The notes under the pieces are model-generated. The model searched no databases, had not been told where the DNA came from, and saw only the letters and a program-made list of their open reading frames with translations. Both the position numbers and the translations under genes were made by a program. From Candidatus Bathyarchaeia archaeon (GTDB lineage: Archaea; Thermoproteota; Bathyarchaeia; Bathyarchaeales; Bathycorpusculaceae), in contig JAVYWL010000001.1 of the NCBI GenBank assembly GCA_038727135.1, forward strand, positions 352,001 to 416,000: a stretch of DNA of 64,000 bases. Reading direction: 5' to 3'. Positions within the stretch are counted from its first letter, which is position 1. Each line of letters begins with the position of its first letter. Positions 18,867-27,935 of this stretch are shown piece after piece.

Positions 18867-19789
18867 AGGAACAACTCACGCAAATAAATCTTGTAATCGC
18901 CGAGTTTCCCGCCATAATTTCCAGCTGAAATTTTTACAACTCCTTTCACGGTTAGGGCGGCTTCTATTCCGGCTTTCATAGCCTTTTTAACAGCCTCAAG
19001 CGAAACCCCGTTAATTACGATTTCTGGAATGTAGTTTACGCCTTCTGGAACCTTTGACTCCTTTCCGAGCCTTTTCTTTAATGATGGACAGTAGGGATGG
19101 TTTGTTGTCGGTCCTATCCATGGATAGCGGGTTTCAGGTTTTGAGCCGGCAGAACATATGTCGAAAGGCGTGACTATACCTTCCACTTTGTGGATGGCTT
19201 CTAAAGCCTTTATTCCGGCTTCCATAACGGCTTCCTTTGTTTGGCACATTATCCAGAAGTTCGCGCCCATGACGCCGCGGGCGTATCCCAAAAAACGTTC
19301 TATTATAAAGTCTGGAACCATTATGGGAACAACTATGACCTCGCGCCCATGACGGTTTTCAACCCACTCGTAGCCGTCTCCGCAGTGACCAACACGCTCC
19401 ATTATGTCAATCTTGCCCAAAGCGTTTGGCAGAGCATCAAAAACCGCTGTAAAAGGCTTAACGAGAATGTCCTGCCTAATCCTATATGAAAGCTCAATCT
19501 CAAACTTTTTGAGGGATTCCGAAAAAGGCTTTTTGGGGTCTATCCCGCCCCAAAACTGGAGAACAACGCCTTTCCTTCTGTCTGGAGTTTCCCTTTCGCT
19601 TAGCCACTTCTCAATTCCGCCTTCGACTCTTCCGATGACTATGGATGGTGTGGCAGCGGCATGCAATGCCGCCTTTCGCAGTGTTTCTTCATCATCAGCC
19701 GTAACAATTACTCGACAGTAAATTCCTTCAAAGGCTTCGGCATAAGTGTCCTCGATAAGCCCTTTCTTGGTCAAGGCTATTCCTCGCAT
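18863..19789 (-). CDS. Formylmethanofuran:tetrahydromethanopterin formyltransferase-like protein
   Basis: [42 protein letters not shown]; divergent N-terminal half ([15 protein letters not shown]). Confidence 0.85.
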   Translation of the reverse strand: MRGIALTKKGLIEDTYAEAFEGIYCRVIVTADDEETLRKAALHAAATPSIVIGRVEGGIEKWLSERETPDRRKGVVLQFWGGIDPKKPFSESLKKFEIELSYRIRQDILVKPFTAVFDALPNALGKIDIMERVGHCGDGYEWVENRHGREVIVVPIMVPDFIIERFLGYARGVMGANFWIMCQTKEAVMEAGIKALEAIHKVEGIVTPFDICSAGSKPETRYPWIGPTTNHPYCPSLKKRLGKESKVPEGVNYIPEIVINGVSLEAVKKAMKAGIEAALTVKGVVKISAGNYGGKLGDYKIYLRELFL

Positions 19790-19937
19790 CCAGCCCTTTT
19801 AGTCGGTTTCAGCTAATAAACCTTTAATCCGCCAAGACGGTGCTATTTTGACTTTGGCTTTTTATCCGAAAACGTAAATAGGAACCCTTTTGCTACATTA
19901 AGCCTACAACTGTCGCTTTCAAAATTTGGGAATCCCC

Positions 19938-21188
19938 ATGAAGATGGCTGTGCTTGTCTATGAATATCCGCCGAAAATCGTTGGTGGTTTAGGCACTTAT
20001 GCGGCTGAAATCACGCGTAAGTTTGTTTTAATGGACCACGATGTGACGGTTTTCACCATGAATGATGATGAGGGAAGCCTACCCACAAGGGAGATTTGGC
20101 GAGGCATAGAGATCCACCGTCCATTACACATTGACATTTCTGATTCGCTTCCTGACGTGGTGGCTGAGGACGTTAAAAAGTGGGGTAGGGGCATACAGCT
20201 CTTCTCAAAAATCCTCGTCTACAACTATCTTAGCGCATCAAAACTTGTTAATGAGCTGATCGGGAAAGAAGGCTTCAAATACGACATTGTGATCGCCCAC
20301 GACTGGCTTTCAGTCATAGCTGGAATAACCATAAAGAAGGAGACTGGCCTCCCATTGGTTTTCCATGTCCACTCAACAGAGAAGGGGCGAACCCTAGGAA
20401 ACGGTTCAGAAGTTGTTAGCAACATAGAGCTTCGTGGAGCCCAGGCAGCAGACCTTGTCATTACGGTTTCATATGCTATGAAAGACGAGCTGATAAAGCT
20501 TGGTTTTCCAAGGGAGAAAATTGAGGTCTGCTACAACGGTGTTGACCCCCAAAAGTATAACCCAGAAAACGTTAGCCCAGACCAGATAAGGCAAGTTAGA
20601 GAGTTTTACGGCATAAAACCGGAAGACCCCATGATTCTCTTCCTTGGAAGGCTTGTGGGCGTCAAGGGTGTTGACAAACTCGTCATGGCTATGCCCCACA
20701 TACTGCAGAAAATTCCAAACGCGAAGCTCGTCATCGTCGGGTTGGGCGACTTGCAAGACTATCTAATTAACCTTGTAAGGATGATGAAACTTCAAGATGT
20801 TGTAAAATTCAACTTTGAATTCATACCGGAAGAGGAGCGCATCCTTCATTATGCTGCCTGCGACGTAGCAGTTTTTCCAAGCCTATATGAACCCTTCGGC
20901 ATAGTTGCCCTAGAAGCCATGAGTATGGAACGCCCAGTGGTTGTCGGGGCTGCAGGCGTCAGCGGAATGAGAGAGATAGTCATACCATGCGGAGAAGAGC
21001 AATGCGGCTTTCACATAAACCCGAATAATCCGGCAGACATAGCTTGGGGCGTTGTCAGCGCTTTAGAAAATCCGGAAAAGCGGAAATGGCTTGGAAAGAA
21101 TGGGAGACGTCGAGTTCTAAACGAGTTCACATGGGACAAGATAGCAGAAAAAACAATTGAGCTTTATGAACGCGTTATAAAACATTAA
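19938..21188 (+). CDS. Glycosyltransferase family 4 (GT-B, glycogen-synthase-like)
   Basis: EYPP..VGGLG, AHDW, HSTE, PSLYEPFGIVALEAM. Confidence 0.9.
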   Translation: MKMAVLVYEYPPKIVGGLGTYAAEITRKFVLMDHDVTVFTMNDDEGSLPTREIWRGIEIHRPLHIDISDSLPDVVAEDVKKWGRGIQLFSKILVYNYLSASKLVNELIGKEGFKYDIVIAHDWLSVIAGITIKKETGLPLVFHVHSTEKGRTLGNGSEVVSNIELRGAQAADLVITVSYAMKDELIKLGFPREKIEVCYNGVDPQKYNPENVSPDQIRQVREFYGIKPEDPMILFLGRLVGVKGVDKLVMAMPHILQKIPNAKLVIVGLGDLQDYLINLVRMMKLQDVVKFNFEFIPEEERILHYAACDVAVFPSLYEPFGIVALEAMSMERPVVVGAAGVSGMREIVIPCGEEQCGFHINPNNPADIAWGVVSALENPEKRKWLGKNGRRRVLNEFTWDKIAEKTIELYERVIKH

Positions 21189-21201
21189 ACACCGCAGACT
21201 G

Positions 21202-21828
21202 ATGAACTTGGGCTCCTCAACCGCTAATGCTCATATGCGAAGAAATGTTGCGAGGGAAGCAGCCACCCTCCTCTACTTTGGATTAGAAAAGGAGTATAAG
21301 CAGGCGAAATTGAGGGCGGCGAAAACCTTAGGCGTCCACTTTCTACCAACAAACCTTGAAGTTGCCATGGAGCTTGATAAAATAGCCGAGGAAAATGAAG
21401 GCGCCACCAGAACGGAGCGCCTAGTTAAAATGCGAAGGGAAGCCTTAAACCTAATGAGAGCCCTAGAGAAGTTCAGTCCAGTGCTTGTTGGAAGCGTTTG
21501 GCGTGGAACCATTTACCGAGAAAGTGACATAGACATAGTCGCATACCACAACGAGCCCCATGAAATCCTAAAAATTTTGGAAAAAAGATTTAAGGTGCTG
21601 GAATCTGGTTGGACATCAGTGACAAAGAGGGGAAAACCAAAGAAATCTCTCCACATTCTAATCGAATTGCCCAGCGGTGAAAAAGCCGAAATAACCGTAC
21701 GGGGTATTGAAGAGATTGCCGTTAAGGAGACTTGCGAAATATACGGTGACACTGTTACCGGACTCAGCATTCAAGAACTTGAAAGATTGCTCGTGGAAAA
21801 TCCCACGAAAAGATTTGTTCCATTCTGA
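21202..21828 (+). CDS. Pol-beta-type nucleotidyltransferase domain protein
   Basis: LVGSVWRG...SDIDI motif. Confidence 0.75.
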   Translation: MNLGSSTANAHMRRNVAREAATLLYFGLEKEYKQAKLRAAKTLGVHFLPTNLEVAMELDKIAEENEGATRTERLVKMRREALNLMRALEKFSPVLVGSVWRGTIYRESDIDIVAYHNEPHEILKILEKRFKVLESGWTSVTKRGKPKKSLHILIELPSGEKAEITVRGIEEIAVKETCEIYGDTVTGLSIQELERLLVENPTKRFVPF

Positions 21829-21901
21829 AAAGGTTTTTCTGCTAGATGTTTAAATATGTGAACCCCCAAATATTGAATTAGCAGAATTTGAAGGCGTCTA
21901 A

Positions 21902-22252
21902 TTGGAGTTCGATAAGGAAACCTTCAAAAGGATGTTTCCAAACCTCGCAAGGGAGATGGAATCCGGCGAAAACAAAGTTGCCGTGAGCTCTGTTAGAACA
22001 GATGTCAAATCTGGGGAAAGGGCAGTTTCAAGAAACTTTGTCCACTACGACCCAGACGTCATAGATTTTCTCCGACGATGCGACACGGCAGAGCAGGCAG
22101 AAGAAATAATAGCTTACATGGAGCGAAGAGGCGAAATAACCAAGGAGTACGCGGCAAAACTTAGAAAACAACTAAAAGAGAAAGGCGTTAGAAGCTTCGG
22201 ACCCAAAAAAGAGGAAAACTACTATTTGAGACGCGCCGGACTAATAAAGTAG
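21902..22252 (+). CDS. DUF2095-family archaeal protein
   Basis: FPNLAREM, YDPDVIDFLRRCDT, GVRSFGPKKE. Confidence 0.75.
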   Translation: MEFDKETFKRMFPNLAREMESGENKVAVSSVRTDVKSGERAVSRNFVHYDPDVIDFLRRCDTAEQAEEIIAYMERRGEITKEYAAKLRKQLKEKGVRSFGPKKEENYYLRRAGLIK

Positions 22253-22258
22253 CATATT

Positions 22259-23035
22259 TTAGACTTGTTCCGGCGGCACCCTTTCCGGAGCATAACCCGT
22301 ATAATATTTTAGTCCGTAATTTCGCAGCCTTTGAACTACATGCGGGTAAAGTATAAGCTCTTCAATCTCAATCCCCTCAGCTAGTTTTGGGCTAATCTGT
22401 TCAATTCGCTTTAGAAGAGATTGTAGACTCTTTTTGGTGGAGAAAGATGCCATAACTGATGGGTGGCAGCTCACCTTTGCATCCAACAGCTTTTCCAACG
22501 CCTTAAGCTGCAGTTTAAACCCTTCTGGTTTGGCGCCTGTGAGTAGTGCGAATTCTTTTTCGTTGCATCCCTTAAGCGAGACCCTCACGTGTATAAATTT
22601 GTATTTTGCAAGGTTTTCCGCATAGCCCTCATCATAGGCTATGGGGATGCCGTTGGTTTCGAGGATGAAACGGTAACCTTTGCCGTCAAGGTTTTCGAGA
22701 AGCTTTAGCAGGTGCTGCTTTCCAATTGTTGGTTCTCCGCCGCTCAGCCTAAGCAAGTCAAGTTTGCATTTTTTGGCTAGTGAAATTAGGCTTTCGGCAA
22801 CTTTTTTGGGCGTGTAAAATGTGCCAACATCGTGGGGGCGGTTCATAACAGCGTCTGAAACCCAGCAGAAACGGCAGAGCAACCCGCACCCGACACAGTC
22901 AGCCGTTACTATGCCGCCGTACCACCTTGCGGGTCTTATGCGGTAATACTTCCGTTCTAGTCCCTCTGGACCAGCACGCGTAACCAGTTTTTCTATGGCT
23001 ATATGCCTCGTAATTGGGTCATAGAATGTTGCCAA
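22259..23035 (-). CDS. Radical SAM protein (conserved archaeal family)
   Basis: CVGCGLLCRFCW (CxxxCxxC), SGGEP, LETNG. Confidence 0.9.
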   Translation of the reverse strand: MATFYDPITRHIAIEKLVTRAGPEGLERKYYRIRPARWYGGIVTADCVGCGLLCRFCWVSDAVMNRPHDVGTFYTPKKVAESLISLAKKCKLDLLRLSGGEPTIGKQHLLKLLENLDGKGYRFILETNGIPIAYDEGYAENLAKYKFIHVRVSLKGCNEKEFALLTGAKPEGFKLQLKALEKLLDAKVSCHPSVMASFSTKKSLQSLLKRIEQISPKLAEGIEIEELILYPHVVQRLRNYGLKYYTGYAPERVPPEQV

Positions 23036-23105
23036 ACGAAATCAGCCTTCGACAGAAGATATGGCTGAGGCTAGTTTTAAATTATTAACATACATAGTTC
23101 TAGTG

Positions 23106-23579
23106 ATGTTGCTGAAATTTGGCGACATTCTAAGCAATCGTGAAATCTCAAGAATTTTCGACGTCTGCGCCCAACGGGGGATAAGGTACAACGGAAGCTT
23201 ACAAAAGGGAATTAGACATATTGTTCTGATAACAGTTTTACACAAAACGCCGGAAGAAAGCCTACGAAACCCCTACAATGACCGTTTGGAGGATGACATC
23301 CTTCTCTACATTGGTGAGGGACGAGCTGGGAACCAAAAAATGGAAAGGGGGAATCTGGCATTAAAGAGACAGATGACGGAAGGATATCCAATATTTGTTT
23401 TTGAGAAGAAGTCGCCGGGTAAATACATGTTCCTAGGACGATACAACGTGTTATCTGTGAATGTGGAAATTCAACCAGACATAAAGGGGCAGAGCAGAGA
23501 AGTATTCGTCTACAAGCTGAAAAGAGCATCTACATCAGTTTCGTTAAACGTTGTTAGAAAGCTAGATTTCCAAAAGTAA
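23106..23579 (+). CDS. Stand-alone SRA/YDG-like domain protein
   Basis: PYNDRL...LLYIGEGRAGNQ...GNLAL...IFVFEK...YMFLG matches the SRA domain of SRA-HNH nucleases; no HNH domain. Start is 23061 or 23106. Confidence 0.65.
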   Translation: MLLKFGDILSNREISRIFDVCAQRGIRYNGSLQKGIRHIVLITVLHKTPEESLRNPYNDRLEDDILLYIGEGRAGNQKMERGNLALKRQMTEGYPIFVFEKKSPGKYMFLGRYNVLSVNVEIQPDIKGQSREVFVYKLKRASTSVSLNVVRKLDFQK

Positions 23580-23643
23580 ATAAGTAGGTCTTTTAATATT
23601 TAGAAAGCCAGAATTTCAGAGTTTAAGCTGTGGAGGAAAAAAC

Positions 23644-25329
23644 TTGAAAAGAAAAGCGTTGGCTTTCACAGTCTTAACGGTTACCCTGTTAATTCTCGTT
23701 TTAAACATAGTTTATGTCGGACACGTTGAGGCGGATGCTCCTTCATACAATGTTGAGTGGGTTAACCATGAGGTGAAAATTCTTTATAACGGTTACATCC
23801 TTGTAAATGACACGGTGAAAGTAGGCGGGAATGTGGAAAACGGTTTCCTCATCGGTTTTCCATACAAATATGCGTCCTATGTTCTCCGCTACATAGCCTA
23901 TGACACCGCTAATTTCACTCAACAATACAATGTTGTCAGCGGTGTGTCATTAGACAACCACATGGGCTTCTGCGGCTTTAACGTCACCTTAAATCCGCAG
24001 CCGAAAAATGGAGTTTTCAGCATCATTTTTGTGCTTTCAAACAGCCTTCTAAGACAGAACCCGCAAAACACAAGCCTCTACACCCTAGATTTTCCAGCTT
24101 ACCCAAGCCTTACAGTAAATGCTTCTTCATGCAATGCTTCGGTTGTTTTGCCATCGGGTGCAAAATTTTTAAGCGGCACAGGCACGGTTAACGTGACAAA
24201 CTATTCGGTGAATAAGCCGTTACCACAGTTCACATATGAGCCGGCAAATTTGACTTTCAAGTTAACCATCAGCGATATACAGCTATTCACCGTGATGGAG
24301 TTTAAACGCGAAATCAATGTCGGCAGCATGGGCGAAATTATAGTTTCAGACAGCTACTACATAAGAAATGATTCGCCACAACAGATGACCTCTGTTAAAG
24401 TGGCTATTCCACCCAACGCCTCAAGCGTCTGGGTTGAAGACGAGTTTGGAAGGAAGGGAAAAATAACATTAGATACCGTAAGCCTAACCCTGCCCGTTGA
24501 AAGTGGCAAATCAACAAGGTTTATTGTAAGGTATAACTTGCCAAAGGGCACGAGTTTCACATTTTTCCAAGAAATAAACTACTACATTGAGAAAGCATCC
24601 GTAACTATCACATTGCCAGAAGGCGCCAAAATTACAAATTTAAGCCTCAACAGCGTTTTGCCCATTGACACATTTGGCACGTCAAGGGACATATTCCAAG
24701 AAAAGGTCACCGTAAGCAAACAAGGCGTTTTATCCCTGGACAACTTCACTTTGGAATTAGCATACGAGTATAATCCATTGTGGTTGGCTTTCCGACCCAC
24801 GCTGTGGATTTGGGCTATAGCGATTTTGGGATGCGCCATTGTCGCTGTCTGGCGAAGACCAAAAGCACCAGAAGCTGTTGTTGCGGTACCAGCTGTTGCT
24901 GTTAGGCTAAGTCCGGAAACCCTCAGAAAGTTTGTGGAGTCCTACGAGGAGAAACGGCGAATAACATCAGATTTAAAGTCCCTCGAGGTTGCAGTTAGCA
25001 AGGGGAGAATTCCGAGACAAAGGTATAAAGTGCAGAGGAAAACCTTGGAAACACGACTTGCGGCTTTGTCCAGAAGCTTAGATGATTTGAAGCTGAAGCT
25101 TAGGTCCGCTGGGGGACGCTACGCGGAATTAATGCACCAGCTTGAGGTTGCGGAAACAGAACTTAACGAGGTTGAATCCAACATTAGGAGCATTGAAGCC
25201 CGCCATCGGAGGGGCGACCTCACACTGGAGGCTTACCGCAAACTTTTGGCAGACTATGAAAGTAGAAGGGAAAAAGCTGAAACCACCATAAGCGGAATTC
25301 TGTTAAGGATACGTGAAGAAATCCACTAG
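23644..25329 (+). CDS. Ribophorin-I-like type I membrane protein
   Basis: Signal peptide, beta-rich ectodomain with many NxS/T sequons, REINVGSMGEIIVSDSYYIRN (compare RPN1 RxIEVSHWGNIAVEE), one TM, helical coiled-coil C-terminus. Confidence 0.6.
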   Translation: MKRKALAFTVLTVTLLILVLNIVYVGHVEADAPSYNVEWVNHEVKILYNGYILVNDTVKVGGNVENGFLIGFPYKYASYVLRYIAYDTANFTQQYNVVSGVSLDNHMGFCGFNVTLNPQPKNGVFSIIFVLSNSLLRQNPQNTSLYTLDFPAYPSLTVNASSCNASVVLPSGAKFLSGTGTVNVTNYSVNKPLPQFTYEPANLTFKLTISDIQLFTVMEFKREINVGSMGEIIVSDSYYIRNDSPQQMTSVKVAIPPNASSVWVEDEFGRKGKITLDTVSLTLPVESGKSTRFIVRYNLPKGTSFTFFQEINYYIEKASVTITLPEGAKITNLSLNSVLPIDTFGTSRDIFQEKVTVSKQGVLSLDNFTLELAYEYNPLWLAFRPTLWIWAIAILGCAIVAVWRRPKAPEAVVAVPAVAVRLSPETLRKFVESYEEKRRITSDLKSLEVAVSKGRIPRQRYKVQRKTLETRLAALSRSLDDLKLKLRSAGGRYAELMHQLEVAETELNEVESNIRSIEARHRRGDLTLEAYRKLLADYESRREKAETTISGILLRIREEIH

Positions 25330-25393
25330 TCAACCTAAAGGCTTTTATTTCACCCCTAAAATTTGAAGGAAATCTAGCTGAAGGGGGAATAAA

Positions 25394-25576
25394 ATGGTAA
25401 AAATAGTGGTTGACAACCACAAGTGCACAGGATGCGGCACATGTGTCGACACATGCCCAGTAGGCGTTTATGAAATAAAGGACGGAAAATCCGTTCCCGT
25501 AAAAGTGGAAGAATGTCTCGTCTGCAGGGCGTGTGAAGCTCAATGTCCAGAAAGCGCCATCCAAGTAATCGAATAA
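25394..25576 (+). CDS. 2[4Fe-4S] ferredoxin
   Basis: CTGCGTCVDTCP and CLVCRACEAQCP. Confidence 0.95.
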   Translation: MVKIVVDNHKCTGCGTCVDTCPVGVYEIKDGKSVPVKVEECLVCRACEAQCPESAIQVIE

Positions 25577-25596
25577 CAGCCACCCATTCCCTTTCT

Positions 25597-27063
25597 TTAA
25601 AAACACCTGTAAAATTCATTAAAAACCTTTAAGAACAGCTTCTGCAAAAACTGTTCTACTCTTAGCCCTTCCCTTTTAGCTAACCGTCTAACAGCCTTGG
25701 CAACACCAGTGGCATATTGAACAGCCTTCTTTGGTCTATAAACTATCTCGGAGGGCAGCCCAAGCCTCTCTGCAGCCCTTCTCAGAACAGTCTTTCGGAG
25801 GGGGTCGCTTGGCGACTCTACTTTCATTTTTAATGGCAAGTTTAGGGCGAACTCGGCAATTGGGAAAGAGGCGAAGGGCAGGCGGAGTTCCACATTGTTA
25901 AAGGCACAGATTTTGCTGTCCCTTTCAAAGTTGCTCTCATGCATTGTTAGGATGTCGTGAACCATCGCCTTTTCAGCGGCTTCTTCTCCAAAACGCTTGT
26001 AAATGTTTAGATAACGCTTATACCCGCCAAAATACTCGTCTGCCCCCTGACCGGAAAAAAGAACCCTAAAACCAAGCTTAGTTGCCTTTTCAGCAGCCCA
26101 AAAGATTGGCACGCCGATGCTTGCCGTAAGGGGGTTAGGTTCTTCTATTGCCAACAAAACTTTGGGCAGCGTTTGCGCTACATCTCCCTCATCATATAAG
26201 AATTCATAGAAGGATACGTCAAGTTGGCTAGCGGCTTTTTCGGCTCGCTCCGTTTCCGGCTGTTTTTTGAGGCTCACGTGGATTAGGTGAACTTTGACCC
26301 CAACCTTTTTTGCTAGCCACGCAATCAGGCTGCTGTCTAAGCCTCCCGAAAAAGCCACTGCAACCTCGTCTAAGCCATGCGTTCTTTCTATTGTTGACTG
26401 TTTTAAGAGTGTTTGAAGCCTTTTGACTGTTTCATCTATTGATAGGGATGACATTACAGAACGACTGAGAACTTTTACTGGCTTCATCTTGGAACCTTTT
26501 TTGTCCGCTATTAATAGATGCCCCGGTGGAAAAGACTGCGCCCTTTTTATGCCAATTTTCCATAATGCCTTGCGCTCGGATGCGAAGGCAAGAATGCTGC
26601 CACTTTCGCCGTAATAGAGCGGATACAAGCCTAAAGCGTCTCTTCCAACGATTAGTTTCCCATCTTCAGCCATGGCGAAAGCGAAGCATCCGTCAAATTC
26701 TCTAACTAATGCTTCTGCACAAACATCAATGCCCTTTTCAAGCTTCTGTGCAACAGTATAAGCCTCCGAAGGCTCAACGCTTAGAGCGTAAATTCTCCCA
26801 TCAAAGATGAAGGTTGCATTTCCAATTTGTTTTAATTGGGGCTTGTCTTGGGCTAAAACCTTTAGGAAAACATGTCCTATGGCTGTTTGGGATTTCAAGT
26901 CTTCAATTTGCAATTTTTCCAGCGACCTTGTCACTTTGACCTGGTTTTTTGTCGCAATGCCGAAGGTATCTGCGCCTTCCCGCCCCAGAACGGCAAGCAT
27001 TGAACCCACTATTTGAGTAGCGTTTTCTCCTTTTCTATCAAAGACCGCAGCAATTGCCTTCAT
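25597..27063 (-). CDS. Asparagine synthetase B-like protein lacking the N-terminal Cys
   Basis: GRDALGLYPLYY, AFSGGLDSS, SGQGADEYFGGY, RPKKAVQY; N-terminus MKAIAAVF. Confidence 0.85.
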   Translation of the reverse strand: MKAIAAVFDRKGENATQIVGSMLAVLGREGADTFGIATKNQVKVTRSLEKLQIEDLKSQTAIGHVFLKVLAQDKPQLKQIGNATFIFDGRIYALSVEPSEAYTVAQKLEKGIDVCAEALVREFDGCFAFAMAEDGKLIVGRDALGLYPLYYGESGSILAFASERKALWKIGIKRAQSFPPGHLLIADKKGSKMKPVKVLSRSVMSSLSIDETVKRLQTLLKQSTIERTHGLDEVAVAFSGGLDSSLIAWLAKKVGVKVHLIHVSLKKQPETERAEKAASQLDVSFYEFLYDEGDVAQTLPKVLLAIEEPNPLTASIGVPIFWAAEKATKLGFRVLFSGQGADEYFGGYKRYLNIYKRFGEEAAEKAMVHDILTMHESNFERDSKICAFNNVELRLPFASFPIAEFALNLPLKMKVESPSDPLRKTVLRRAAERLGLPSEIVYRPKKAVQYATGVAKAVRRLAKREGLRVEQFLQKLFLKVFNEFYRCF

Positions 27064-27185
27064 GCCGTTAACCTTTGCACTTGCTACAAGCATAGTTTGG
27101 ATAGATAACCATTTAAATTAGAACGCTTGCGAAGGAATGTATAAAAAGTTGTAGCGATGTCACCCACCTTCGAGAGGAGAGTTTG

Positions 27186-27899
27186 ATGCCGGACATTAAG
27201 CTTGTAAGTTTTGATGTTTGGGACACTTTGTTGTCTGTAAAGTCCTATTATCGCAGCGTTGCCTTCGAATTGGCAGAGTTCATGAATATGCCGCCAGAAA
27301 CAATTGAGAAACGACTTGTGGAAGGTTATGGGAAGGTTAGGGCTATTAGGAGAGCCGGCGGGTTTAATGATTCTGAAATCGTTCCGTTGGCTCTTGAGGC
27401 GATAGCTAAATTTCTTGGCGTAAAGGCTGAAATCGTCTCACGAGCGGTTCTCGCTGCTACGGAGAACCATCCAGCTCAGCAGCACATTATAGAAGATGCA
27501 AAGGAAACTGTTCGCCTCGTCAAAGAGTTGGGGGTTAAGGTTGTGGTTGTGGGTAATGTGGTTTTTTGGCCTGGAAGCTACAATAAAGTCCTGCTTGAGA
27601 AGGCTGGTTTGTCTAGGTTTATTGATGAGCAGTTTTATGCTGACGAACTTGGGGTTTCAAAGCCTAAACCGGAAATTTTTGCGAAGGTGCTTTCAAGGTT
27701 TAATGTTCAGCCACGTGAGGCTTTGCATGTTGGCGACAGTGTTTTTGAGGATTTAGTTGGCGCCGTACTTTCCCACATGAACGTTGCTCTGATTGACAAG
27801 AACGTGGATGGCGTTGTTAAGCTTTCAAGCTGGAATGTCTACATAATCCCAAGAATAGGCTTATTAAAACGGGTTATCGAAGAACTGGAAAAGCATTAA
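27186..27899 (+). CDS. HAD-superfamily hydrolase
   Basis: SFDVWDTL, KPKPEIF, HVGDS..DLVGA. Confidence 0.88.
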   Translation: MPDIKLVSFDVWDTLLSVKSYYRSVAFELAEFMNMPPETIEKRLVEGYGKVRAIRRAGGFNDSEIVPLALEAIAKFLGVKAEIVSRAVLAATENHPAQQHIIEDAKETVRLVKELGVKVVVVGNVVFWPGSYNKVLLEKAGLSRFIDEQFYADELGVSKPKPEIFAKVLSRFNVQPREALHVGDSVFEDLVGAVLSHMNVALIDKNVDGVVKLSSWNVYIIPRIGLLKRVIEELEKH

Positions 27900-27935
27900 T
27901 CCTTAAGCATGCTATCTTTTCAGAGGGAATAAGGC

